Position numbers and translations under genes: made by a program
Notes under the pieces: generated by a model
What the model was told of the DNA's origin: nothing
Seen by the model: the letters and a program-made list of their open reading frames with translations, nothing else
The model's database searches: none
Shown: positions 1 through 11,100 of the stretch, one piece after another
How the letters are laid out: each line of letters starts with the position of its first letter
Position numbering within the stretch: position 1 is the stretch's first letter
Virus record (IMG/VR): IMGVR_UViG_3300036901_000073
Location: 2,539 to 66,538 of that record
Origin: a virus
Direction: 5' to 3' (one strand)
Length of the DNA: 64,000 nucleotides

Positions 1-703
1 TCGCCGTGTTGAACACCACGATCATTTCATCGACGCTCGCCGTCAGCCATTCCTCTGTGGCCTTATACATGCCGCCCCAGGTTTCGATGTCATAAACATT
101 CAGACCGGTCGTCGGATCGGGCGCGTAACCAACGATCAGAAATTCATGACCGCCGACCACGGGTCCGGTTGGATTGTTCCAAAGTTCCTGGGTCATCACC
201 GATTCGGTCATCGTGGCACCGGTCATCACCGCCTGAAACAGATCAATCGCCGTCCTGACCTGAACCATGTCATTGAAGTTGACCGTCACGTACGGGCCAA
301 CCTTGTTGAGCACCCGACCAATGCTGATGCCGTTCTTGGCCCAGTATTCCAGCATCCCGCCAGGACCCTGCATGACGGTGCCTTGATCCGAGCTTGGAAC
401 GGCGGCATTGAACCCAGTCACATCCGAATAGGTCTGCAAACACTGCGCGGTGGTCGCGCCAATGTTGACGCCCTTCATGTACTGGTAGTCCTTGGCGACG
501 AGGTGATAGGTCGCCGCCTCTACACAGCAACCGTACTGATCGTTCCCCAACATCTGAATGGTCGTGAGTTCTGAGAACCAATTGCAGGATGTTGGCGGTG
601 GTGGCAGCACTTCCAGTGTCATGCGATCACTTAGCGCGGGGATGCGAGGATCATGTACGGCGGGAAGTTTGCCGAATTTGCGTGCTGTGCTTAATTTGTC
701 CAT
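1..703 (-). CDS. papain-like (C1A-type) cysteine peptidase, 3' end outside window
   Basis: Hand translation from ATG 703 (absent from the ORF track because truncated): MDKLSTARKFGKLPAVHDPR...MLGNDQYGCCVEAA...VVGGHEFLIVGY...IETWG; Cys, His and xWG motifs in papain order. Confidence 0.7.
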   Translation of the reverse strand, partial: MDKLSTARKFGKLPAVHDPRIPALSDRMTLEVLPPPPTSCNWFSELTTIQMLGNDQYGCCVEAATYHLVAKDYQYMKGVNIGATTAQCLQTYSDVTGFNAAVPSSDQGTVMQGPGGMLEYWAKNGISIGRVLNKVGPYVTVNFNDMVQVRTAIDLFQAVMTGATMTESVMTQELWNNPTGPVVGGHEFLIVGYAPDPTTGLNVYDIETWGGMYKATEEWLTASVDEMIVVFNTA

Positions 704-723
704 TTTGAAAAATCCTAAAGTAA

Positions 724-1224
724 TCAGGCTATCGTAACGGGCAGGCTGGGCAATATCCCAACTTCACCGTTGGTCGCCAAGTATGTTCCAAGCGCGAGAT
801 TGAAATCGTAGATATAACTCATCAATCCTGCGGAGACCTCGATGAATAATTGAGGAGTAAATTCGATAGCGTTGTACAGGAAGGTTGGCCCACCCCCCGG
901 AATTTTCCCAGCGGTGATGCCGGTTGAAATTCCCGTCATGTAGGCTTGCGAAATCGGATCGAGCGGATAGGTCGCGTTGAGTTGCGGCATGGTGACCGAG
1001 ATCAGAGGAATACCCGCAGCCAGGACGACCGGAATGACCTGTTGCGCGAGCACGGCGTAGAGATTCACGCCAGTATCGATCTGAGTAGGAGAGTTGGCCG
1101 CCGCGAGCCATGCCAGATAGTTTGTGTCAACAGGTGACACGAAAGTGAAAGTAGCAGAACTAAAGACTTGTGCGGTGGATGCTCCGATGCACCAGTACCA
1201 ATTGGACAATGTGTAAATGGGCAT
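724..1224 (-). CDS. hypothetical protein, possibly tail fibre assembly/associated
   Basis: 166-aa ORF directly downstream of a tail fibre gene; TAAATA box at 1243-1248. Confidence 0.6.
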   Translation of the reverse strand: MPIYTLSNWYWCIGASTAQVFSSATFTFVSPVDTNYLAWLAAANSPTQIDTGVNLYAVLAQQVIPVVLAAGIPLISVTMPQLNATYPLDPISQAYMTGISTGITAGKIPGGGPTFLYNAIEFTPQLFIEVSAGLMSYIYDFNLALGTYLATNGEVGILPSLPVTIA

Positions 1225-1261
1225 CTCAGGAATCCTCGTTTCTATTTATCGCTCTTGGGAA

Positions 1262-2755
1262 TCACGTGTATTGGCCGCCACTGCTCGTTGCACCGGCAAC
1301 GGTTCCGACGAAGTAATTGGCTCCTCCGCCATTGGTGAGAATCACGCCATTCGTGCTCGCCGAGTAACGAGTTCCGGTCGAATTGTTGCCCGTCCACGCG
1401 AGGCCAATGGCTTCGATGACGCCGCATTCATTGACGTTGGCGGTGACACCCAACGAGACGCCGGTTCCGATGTTGATCGTTGTATTGCTGGCCGAGATCA
1501 CACCACAGGCATGCGCGTAGAAGAGCCCGTTCGCGGTGACGCCATTGGTGACTGAAATATTGGAACCGACTGCGATCTGCCCGCCCGTGGAAGAAATCAT
1601 GGCGAAATTCGTGTACAGACCAAAGGTGATGTTTTGAATGCTGATGACCGCCCCGCCACCAGTGTTTATGACGGTGCCATAATTGGTCGTGTTGGAAACG
1701 TTCGCCGAAAGGGTGAAACCATTGAACAGCACATTCACGTTCCCGCTGGCGGCGACCGTATCATTCACCGAGGTGATGGAAATCGTGCACGAGGAGGGTG
1801 AGCCTGGATTTCCGACGATCTGGACGGTGCCAGCCCCATTCGGCATCCTTCCAAGGGCGACGGCGGAGTTATAGGTGCCATTCGCGACCTGGATGGTTAC
1901 CCCATAGCTGTTGACATTGTAGGTCTGAAGCAAATATTGCCACGCCCCGTTGATCGACGCGAAGGGAGCGGCGGATGTGCCATTGCCGGTGGTGTCATTG
2001 CCGCTGGTGGCGACATTGATCGTCAAGGGCGCGGCCAGAAACACCAGACCCGGAGAACCGGACGATATCAGTTGGAAATGCGTGCCGTCATAGATGACGG
2101 AAATGATGGAACCCGCCGTGATGAGCCCAGGTGGAATGGCGATTGTGTTGTTGCCGGTGACTAAAGTGACCGCGCCGAAGGAATTGAGATTGAGCGTTGT
2201 CGTGCCGGTATTAGTATTAGCCACCTTCACGTTGATCGGAATGCCGAGCAATGAGGCCAATGTCCCCGGCGCGGGCGATAGCGCAGCGACCATGGTGTTG
2301 ACGGTGCCACTGTCAACCGCGTACTTCTTCACATAGGACGGATAGTAGTACCAGTTGCTGCCCAGTCGGCTGGCCAGCGCGGGCAGGCCATCGTCGCTGT
2401 TGTAGGCATCCACCAGATACAACGCCGTGGCGGCGCTCGTGGGGGCTGGCAACGCGCCATCCGTGGCGACCTCGGTGATGCCGGTGCCGCGAATGTCGGA
2501 GGTGTTCCACGCGCTACCATTCCAGATTTCCAGAATGGACAGGGTCGTGTTGTACCAAAGCTGACCGACCAAAGGATTCGGTGGTGGCGTGGTGTAGGCG
2601 AAATTCTCCAGCAAATGCACCAGGTCATTCGCGATGTATCCGCCATAGACACTGAAGTTACGTCCGAGCAACGTGAGTGATGACGTATTATCAACGGTCG
2701 TGTCCGCGACCGTGGTGAGAATCGTTCCGTCAGTTAAAGTGACAATATATGGCAA
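1262..2755 (-). CDS. tail fibre / receptor-binding protein A (beta-helix-like C terminus)
   Basis: N-terminal ...LVHLLENFA..PP.NPLVGQLWYNT attachment motif; Gly/Asn/Thr-rich C terminus; TTG start with AGGAG; late box 2772-2777. Confidence 0.8.
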   Translation of the reverse strand: MPYIVTLTDGTILTTVADTTVDNTSSLTLLGRNFSVYGGYIANDLVHLLENFAYTTPPPNPLVGQLWYNTTLSILEIWNGSAWNTSDIRGTGITEVATDGALPAPTSAATALYLVDAYNSDDGLPALASRLGSNWYYYPSYVKKYAVDSGTVNTMVAALSPAPGTLASLLGIPINVKVANTNTGTTTLNLNSFGAVTLVTGNNTIAIPPGLITAGSIISVIYDGTHFQLISSGSPGLVFLAAPLTINVATSGNDTTGNGTSAAPFASINGAWQYLLQTYNVNSYGVTIQVANGTYNSAVALGRMPNGAGTVQIVGNPGSPSSCTISITSVNDTVAASGNVNVLFNGFTLSANVSNTTNYGTVINTGGGAVISIQNITFGLYTNFAMISSTGGQIAVGSNISVTNGVTANGLFYAHACGVISASNTTINIGTGVSLGVTANVNECGVIEAIGLAWTGNNSTGTRYSASTNGVILTNGGGANYFVGTVAGATSSGGQYT

Positions 2756-2801
2756 GATAATCTCCTGGATTTATTTATCCAAGGAGCAAATCACGATAGA
2801 G

Positions 2802-4349
2802 TCAGAAGCCAATACTCCACCAATATATGGTATTGTTGTCGACCGTTGCGATCAAGCCGATAGCGATATTACTGTTACCATCTGGCGCAGCACCCACGTA
2901 ATTGTTGGCCGTTGGAGCGGCTCCAAAGGATGCGAATGCCGCGAGATGGGCGTTCGGATAAGCATAATTGAGGCCGACCGACTGATTAGCGCCAGTGGTT
3001 GGTACGACAAGGCTTCCCCAATTGATGATCAGACCATTTGGGAAAATCTGATAGCCGTTTTGGGCTGCGCTCCAACCAAGAAAGTCGTTCAGAATGGTAC
3101 CGATGGCTGGATTTCCGGTTCCAGCCGCGCCATGAGCGGCCACCAAATATCCAGTTGAGGCAGTGATATTTCCGGTATTGGCGGTTATAGCCCCCGCTGC
3201 TGTGACGGTTGAGTTCGAAACGACCGTATTACCAGCGATCTGGGCAGTCGCGGTGATGTTGGGAGCCTGAATGTAGTTGGCGAGGACATCGGCGGCGGCG
3301 ACCACGTTGGTACCAGCTATGACTTCGCCTGCTGCGGAGATGTTTGAACCGGTTGAGACGATTTGTCCGGTGGCTGTTATCTGGCCAGGTACGGCAAGAT
3401 TTCCATAACCGGTGATATTCCCAACATCATCTATTTGGAGAATTTGTTCCGTATACGCACTGTTAACGAGACTGAATACGCCGTTTAAAACTCGAATGTA
3501 TTTGTTCGGCGTGGTCGAGCCATTGCCAATCAGTTTGATATTGGCACCAACGTTGTTATTAACCGACGAGATTGTTAAACTTGATTCAGAACTGGTGCTC
3601 GCATCCGTTATGGTCGGTTCGCCCGTGAAATGTGGCGAATTCAGCCAGTTGGCTCCGCCAACCAATTGGAAATTGGAGCCATCATAAACGACGGTTATCA
3701 CGCTACCAGCAGATATTTCGCCCGGTGTAAGAGCCACCCCGGTTGTATTGATGAGGTTGACCGCGCCAAAAGAATTCAGATTGAGCGTTGTCGCCCCTGT
3801 ATTGGTGTTCGCCACGTTTATGTTGAACGATATTCCGACCATCCACGCTAGTGAGTTTGGCGCTGGCTCGATGAACGCGCTGAGCGCGTTGGCGATGCCA
3901 ACATCAAGGGCGTATTTGTCCACATAGGATGGATAGTAGTACCATGAATTGCCGAGGCGATTGGCGAGCGCGGGCAAGCCATTGTAGCTGTTGTAGGCAT
4001 CGATCAGATAGACCGGAGAGGCGGCGAGACTGGCCGCTGGCAGCGCGGCATCGGTCGCGACCTCGGTGATGGCTCCCACGCCACGAATGTTTGACGTGGC
4101 CCACGCCGTGCCATTCCAGATTTCCAACTGGGCCAGGGTCGTGTTATACCAAAGCTGTCCCACCAACGGATTCGCCGGAGGGGTGGCATAGGAGAAATTC
4201 TCCAACAGATGAACGAAATCCTCCGCGATGTAATCACCGTAACCAGCGAAATTCCGCCCGACGAGCGTGAGTGATGACGTGTTGTCAACAGTCGTGTCGG
4301 CGACCGTGGTGAGAAGCGTTCCGTTAGTTAAAGTGACTGTATATGGCAA
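2802..4349 (-). CDS. tail fibre / receptor-binding protein B
   Basis: Same N-terminal ~230 aa as 1262..2755; C-terminal NGYQIFPNGLIINWG...IYWWSIGF typical of fibre tips. Confidence 0.8.
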   Translation of the reverse strand: MPYTVTLTNGTLLTTVADTTVDNTSSLTLVGRNFAGYGDYIAEDFVHLLENFSYATPPANPLVGQLWYNTTLAQLEIWNGTAWATSNIRGVGAITEVATDAALPAASLAASPVYLIDAYNSYNGLPALANRLGNSWYYYPSYVDKYALDVGIANALSAFIEPAPNSLAWMVGISFNINVANTNTGATTLNLNSFGAVNLINTTGVALTPGEISAGSVITVVYDGSNFQLVGGANWLNSPHFTGEPTITDASTSSESSLTISSVNNNVGANIKLIGNGSTTPNKYIRVLNGVFSLVNSAYTEQILQIDDVGNITGYGNLAVPGQITATGQIVSTGSNISAAGEVIAGTNVVAAADVLANYIQAPNITATAQIAGNTVVSNSTVTAAGAITANTGNITASTGYLVAAHGAAGTGNPAIGTILNDFLGWSAAQNGYQIFPNGLIINWGSLVVPTTGANQSVGLNYAYPNAHLAAFASFGAAPTANNYVGAAPDGNSNIAIGLIATVDNNTIYWWSIGF

Positions 4350-4362
4350 GATAATCTCCTGT

Positions 4363-4968
4363 TCAGGCCATGATGATTCGAAGTGTGTAGATTATCTCGA
4401 TTCTTCTATTGAGAGATTTCTGCACAGGATGGAAAATGACATGACACAATAAAATGGAAGTCAAACTGACTGGGTCATAGGTCGTCAGTCCAATCTCATC
4501 GAAAATGAACGTTCCAGCCACGTCGGAAGCATCGTCAAACGCTTCCTGGCCGGATGGTTCATTGTAGTCCAGCAAGCAAGTGACCACGACATCGGAATAA
4601 GTATTGCCCAGTGTGTGATTGACCCGGATGAAATTGTCGGTCGGATCAGTATTCAGTGGACTCAGATCATCGACGAACTGCGCGTAGGTCTGATTGTACA
4701 AGGTCGCGTCCAGACCAACGACGTTCGGCGGCAGATACGTGATCGTGCCAACGGCGGAAACCGCTGACGCGCCATTGCCAAACACCATCTGCATGATATT
4801 GCCGTTCGGACGATTTGCTAAGGATAGCGCCAGAGCATACGAGAGACTTTCAAAATTGACCGCGTTGGTCGTATCAAGGAGGATTTCCTTGCTATCAAAA
4901 TCCTGAACCTTCACAAGACCAATGATTTTCGGGTACGATGCGTCGATCAGATCAGTCTTTGTTGTCAT
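4363..4968 (-). CDS. baseplate/tail structural protein
   Basis: 201 aa with FIFDEIGL...HVIFHPVQKSLNRRIEIIYTLRI motif of large myovirus baseplate genes; lies between wedge and fibre genes. Confidence 0.7.
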   Translation of the reverse strand: MTTKTDLIDASYPKIIGLVKVQDFDSKEILLDTTNAVNFESLSYALALSLANRPNGNIMQMVFGNGASAVSAVGTITYLPPNVVGLDATLYNQTYAQFVDDLSPLNTDPTDNFIRVNHTLGNTYSDVVVTCLLDYNEPSGQEAFDDASDVAGTFIFDEIGLTTYDPVSLTSILLCHVIFHPVQKSLNRRIEIIYTLRIIMA

Positions 4969-5092
4969 TATTCTTCTTACTTTCTTTATCTCTTTGACGT
5001 AAAATCACTTTCCCGGTATCAGGATCACGGATAATAAGATGACCGATCACGTTTACATTCGAAGGGTCAAGAAGCTCATCATTTTTACTCAT
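4952..5092 (-). CDS. small 46-aa structural-cluster protein
   Basis: MSKNDELLDPSNVNVIGHLIIRDPDTGKVILRQR...; ATG 5 nt downstream of TAAATA (5098-5103); resembles the start of the next gene (IIGLVKVQDFDSKEILL). Confidence 0.6.
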   Translation of the reverse strand: MSKNDELLDPSNVNVIGHLIIRDPDTGKVILRQRDKESKKNNDNKD

Positions 5093-5125
5093 GACTTTAT
5101 TTATGCTCGAATTAAATCTACACTT

Positions 5126-8100
5126 TTAGTTACCGATGATCTGGTGCATTGGTTCCGCTTCACGGTCACCCGCGATCATTCCCACCGGTACCGGAAGGGT
5201 GAACTGCTCTGAGCCATTGAACACTTGAGTACCAATCGGATAGATGAACCCATTGGTCATCGCCACGGTGACGAACGCGCCAGCCGCAGCCGTCAACACG
5301 ACCAGAATGCTATCATCCACCGTGGTGGCGATGAAATCAGTATACGGAATGCCATTGACGGCCACCTCAAGCACTCCAACACCGTTCGCCGTGCTAATGG
5401 TGTAGGTCTGCGCGCTGCCGTTCGCCGTGCCACCGTTGACGCTACGCTGCTCAGCTATCGTGGTACCATGCGTGCCGCGTCGTAATCCGCTGAGCGTGGC
5501 GACGCCATCCGATGCCGCGTAGGCGAAATATTCGATCCGTTCGCCACCAATCCAGACCACGCCTGGCTGACCCACGATGGGATCGAAAAACAAATTTGGT
5601 TCCTGTAACTTGGGAGCCAGTTGCTTGAGGAACAACGACACCACGATTTGCGTGTCAGTCGGCGCGAGCGTGTTCACCAGTGAACCGGCCATGTACGGCG
5701 TCTGTCGGCAATACTCGAAACTGGCGTTGAACAATGGCAACGGCACGGTAGGCGCGTTGGTCGATAATCCGGTTTCCTGTTGACCGTTCGCCAGTAGCAC
5801 CGGAGTCATGCGATAGAACGCCGGAGTATTGGTCGACACCACCCAGGACAACGATTCGCGCTCCGCCTGAGCGGTGGCGATGGTGGCGACAATCGGTCCA
5901 TTCACGGTAGGATTGAAAATGTTCATAATGGAGTCGTTGATGCCATAATCCCACGGATTACTGTTCAACAACGTCGCATCCCATCCGATGTCGGTGCCAC
6001 CAATTTGGTAATTGATGTCAGGTGCCAGGGCGAGACCGTTCATCGTCACCAAAGCATAACTTTTCTCAAATGGCACGGGAACGAAATAGCATCCCACGTA
6101 GCCGGTCGGATAGGTGACGGTCTGAAGCCCCATCGATGAGGCGTTTTCAAAGATGGTCGCCTCGATACGGTTCAGATAACTTAACGGTCGGTTGATGGTG
6201 AGGACGCCGGAACTGATCGTGTAATCCGGTGTCGTGCCAACAAACTCAAGCACGACCGCGACCTCACCCGTGAAGTCTGCCTCAAGCGACACCATTAAAC
6301 TGTCGAAAAACACAAATTGTCCGGTGATGTCGGTTGGCGGCGGCGAAGGCACGATCATCCCATAGGGATAATCGCCATAGGTTTCCAGGATCGTCACCGG
6401 TTGGATCGATGAACCAACGGTTTGTGAAATAGAGACAGTGTACGTTCCAAGACCGCCTGTCGTGCCGGTTAGCTGCTCGACGATTGTCGTGCCAGTCGCG
6501 ACACCGCTTTGTGAAAGGACACCACCATTGACGGCGAGGAAATTAGGACTTTCCAGATTCATGATGGTAAGAACCGTGCCAGCGATCCAGCCATTGAAAG
6601 GGCCAGCATTGAACGCGAAGGGAACGGAGTTGCCATACAATTCGCCATTGACGTAAATCGTGACGGTGGTCGTGTTAATTGGCGGAACGGGCAGGAACAT
6701 CGAAGGATTTTCAATCGTGAACGTACCATACCAGGTCATCGGCGGAGCCAGTCTTTCGCCATCGACCTCGACGATGGTTCCGGCATGTTCCGGGACAGTC
6801 TGTGAATCACGCGGACTCAAGGTCCAACTCTGAGCATAGAAATCAAGAACCTGAAGCTGGGTCATCGTGAAGTAGTTGCCCGACAAAGCTTCCCATGTGC
6901 CGCCGATCAAAACATGACCAATAGTGGTATAAGTCGAATCGGTGATGACGATGGCGGTTGAAGGAAGACTGATCCACGATCCCACCGAGGTCAGCCAGGT
7001 GCCGTCCTCCGACCTCTGTACAGCCACCGAGATGGTGGACCCCACCATGGTCATGATCACCGTGTAAAACCCGCTGGAGAGCGTTCCAAGCTCCACCACG
7101 GTGGGAATACCGCTTGGCATGACCATAAGTTGCACGAACATGTCCGTGCCATTCGACGTGATCGCCGCCTGATAGCCGTTATTCGAGCCATTGGCCCGCC
7201 CGACCGCGTAGATGATCGAACTATTGAGCGGCACCTCGCCGTAGCTCGTCAGATTGACATTGAAAGTGACGATGTAATCCGAGATGGCGGGCACCGTGGT
7301 CGCCTGATATTCAATCGCGCCCACCGACGCGGGGACCAGGGCGTCGCTTTCGATCTCGCCATTGATCGTGCTTATCTTGGTGAAGCTCGCGCTGATGTCA
7401 CTGCCGTTTGAATAGCTTTGCAGCAACGTGTTATTAGCGGCGGTGAAGCTGCAAAGGATGACCTCGGGTGGCGTGAGATAACTCAGCGTTTGGGTGACCA
7501 TCGTGGTGGCGGTCGATGCGCCGCCATCATAAACGATCACCGCCACATCGGTGCCGGAACTCGGTGGCGACGCCAAGGTGACCTCACTGCCACTCACCGT
7601 GTAGCCACTGGCCAACAGAACTCCGTCTTGCACGACCGCGACGTTGGCCGTGGTCGAAGCCATGTCCAGGGTGATTGGATTGCTTGAAAATGACACATAG
7701 TTTCGGTCGTCGATGACTGATGTGCCACCGAAACCAAAAACATGAATTTGCACCAGGTTCACGCCAGTGATGTTGACGGTGACGGTACGATCAAAATAAT
7801 CCAGCGTGTAATCGGTTCCCAGCACGCCGCGCACGCCGTCCATGAAAACCATGACGGCGACCGATGATTGCGCTATCAGATCATAATATAGTGTCGCGGT
7901 AGCGGTCGTGTAAGCACTAACATCATAGACCTTGATGATTTGTGACGGACCACCAACGTCCTCATCAGCCGAGACGGTGATCTGTATATTATCATCACCA
8001 ATGAACGGAATCCGTTCCTCCGGATGATTGGCCGAGTAATACGGCGAACGCAAATCGAAGCCGCCCGGACGACTGGTCAACGGAGGATTGATGCTGTAAT

Positions 8101-11100
8101 CGATGGCTGGTGATGCCAACGTGGAGCCATCATAAGTCGAATCATAAATGGTGGTGACGATATCGAGCGGGTCCGTGTCGAACGGAGCCATGTCGAACTC
8201 TGACACGGGAGCGGTGTAGTTCTGAAGCTCATAGCCATCGACCCAATCCGGCAGATCGATGGTGACATAGGTTCCCGCCCCAATGACGCCAACGGTCGGG
8301 CCACTCAACGTCACCGTCGTGTCGTCCATCGCCAGCACCGTGGTGCCTTGAAGGATGTTGGGGCCAAGCACCGGCTGACCGACCAGGATACCCGTGGTGT
8401 CGGAGAAGGTCAGCACGGTCGCGCCGGATGGCGCATCTGCCGTGAGGACGAAATTCAGTGATTCACTCTTCATTCCACGATCCATGAGCGCGTCAGGATC
8501 GTTCGGATTCATGTTGGCGGTCGGTGTGTAACTTTGCGCGATTCGCGATGATGCCGATGGCATGTTGATGACGGCCTCGACCACGTTGCCAGCTACGCCA
8601 TCGGACATGTAAATATGGCCGCTCACGGTGGTCAAAGTGCCACTGACGCCATACTGAGTGGTTGATACGTTCACCGCGTCGGGCACGATGGCGGCGATTT
8701 GATAACTATGCGTTCCGATATTGATGGTCAGTGGCAGCGTCTCGCTGACCGGTGTCAGACCACCATAGACATATTGCAGGAAGCGAATATCATCCACTTC
8801 GATGGTTGCACTATTAACCAGCAGAGACGTGGTGACCGTGGTGTGGACATAGACCGAGGTGAACGGACTGTCGGTGGCATCCCAGGGGCCGGAATCCCAT
8901 GGCGAGGTATCCCAACTGTCATCGACATCGTAACGATCAAAGATGATCGTTATGTCGAAGCCGCGCACCAGATTCGGCGCGGACTGATAATTGTCGTACC
9001 AATAGCTCCATGGCAGTGTCTGCAAAATGGCGATGTCGTTGACGAGATCGAGCGGGCGATACAAATTTGTTGAAGGATCAAGATAAACCGGATTGTCGAA
9101 ATCGGTGATCGTGCCACTGGCGTCATCCATGTTGAGACTGTACTGCGTGGAATATTCACGTATCTTCACATGGTAGGGTTTGACCTCGTTGATGTAATCG
9201 ATCAGATCATCCGTAGGATCGGGGATCAGATAAGGTGTCTGTTCGAGCGGTATGTTGTATCCGGCGATGGTCATGAAGGAAGTCTTGAACGCCCATGCCA
9301 CGTCAGCCTGTTGCGCGTGACAGAAATTCACGATATCGAACCAGTTCTGGTTGATTTCGCTGTCCAGCAACAAGCCGCCATATCTCAGCGCCTGCGCGAG
9401 GATGTAGATTTCCCATGTGCCATCACGGTTCGCGATGTCGGTTACACTGAGCGAATTGATGCCATGAATTGGCAGCAATGGATTATAGAAACTGCTGCTC
9501 AACGCGATGGTGCCATTTTCAAGCGCGACGGTGTTCCAGGTCGTCCCATCGAACATCGTCCAAATCCAGGAATGATCCGGCGTGCCGTCATCACTCACCA
9601 CCACGAACAGATTGTTGGGCGATGTGCCTTCAGTGCTATTGCGAGCGGCTGTTGTCGCGTAGGTGACGATGGGCGGGTTGGATGCTGAATAGCCACTGGC
9701 GTACCAGTTCACGAACGAAAAGAAATCTGTGGTCCGATAGGTTTGCACGCGCCATAAAACGAAGCCCAGAGCATTCGCCTGTGAATTGCCCGGTTCCCAT
9801 TTCCAGATCGCCCAGAAGCCGCTGTTATCGGCTTCCACCAGTACCCGATCTCCGACATTGATGGTCGGGGTGGGGATGTTGACCAAAGCGTCGAGCGCCG
9901 TCTCATTGGCCACTGACCATTCATATGAGGTTCTTAGCGTGAACACGGTGTCCGCGTTCTGCAAAATCGCCGACAGCCCGTCATACTTGGCCGCGATGGT
10001 TGGATTATAGTTCCAGATGCTCCAACCCTGATACGGCGACGGGTTGCCACGCCGATCAATCAACACCCGAATGATGCCGGTGGCGTTGATGAAATCCGAT
10101 CTCGCGATGAGATTATTGCGTTGATCCAAACTATAAACCATGACATCCCATTCATTCGTGGGGGCTGGTTCATACGGATACGATTCATCAATCTGGGTCC
10201 AGATCAGATTTGGATCGATGGACGTGCTGCGTTCTATCGTGCTGATATAGGTCTGACGTTGGGTGGAAATCGCGGTCTCCGCCAGAATGTTGTTGATGCT
10301 TTCAACGAAGGTCTCTCTGGCGTCCATCAGGCCGGAACGTGTACCATCGGAATCGTCCACCTGGAACATGTTTTGCAACAAACCGATACCGGTGCCACGG
10401 GTGGGAGCCAGCGATGGATCGGGCAACTTACTGAAATTGTTCAGCACGTTGAAACCCATCAGACTGTCGCGCAACTTGAACCATAACTGATCCGGAGGCA
10501 GTGATGTCTCGTCGGTCGGACGCATCAATATCCATTCATCATGCGTGCCTGGGTTATTGCCCGTGTCCAGCGTCAATCTCACTTTCATCACGGAATCGAC
10601 ATCGTTCAGAAACTGAATGACGCCACTGACGATGAGCGCGTCCGCGTTGATCGGTGACATAAAGGAGAGATCGAGACTCGATGGGTTGGTGATGCCAGCC
10701 GCGATGGTGGTAATGTCGGTGTTGCGAAATGGCAGCATGGGAACCGTGGTCAGTCCCGATACCCAGTAGTAATAGGTGGTCGTGGTGAGACCTGAGACCG
10801 GATCGTACGCGATTTCCTCGACCCAGTTATATCCAGCGTCGGGATCGGTTGGATCGACGATGTTAGGATTACCATTCGGTACCACGTAAACTGTTCCTGC
10901 ACCGGAATAAGACCCTGGATCATCGCTGCTTTGTGTCCATTCATAAATGTCCACCGATGTGTTGGGCGCGATCTGCGCCCAGTTATTGGCACGATAGTAA
11001 AGCTCAGCCAAATCCCTGGTTTGAGATGCACCGATAATATCCGTGTAAGGATCAAGGAATTTCACGGTGGACAAATTCCACCATACGCGGCCAACCTGCT

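Noticed and set aside
1262-4349. Diversity-generating retroelement acting on the duplicated fibre genes
   Set aside because: The repeats are at the N termini, mismatches are not adenine-specific, and no reverse transcriptase is present in the window
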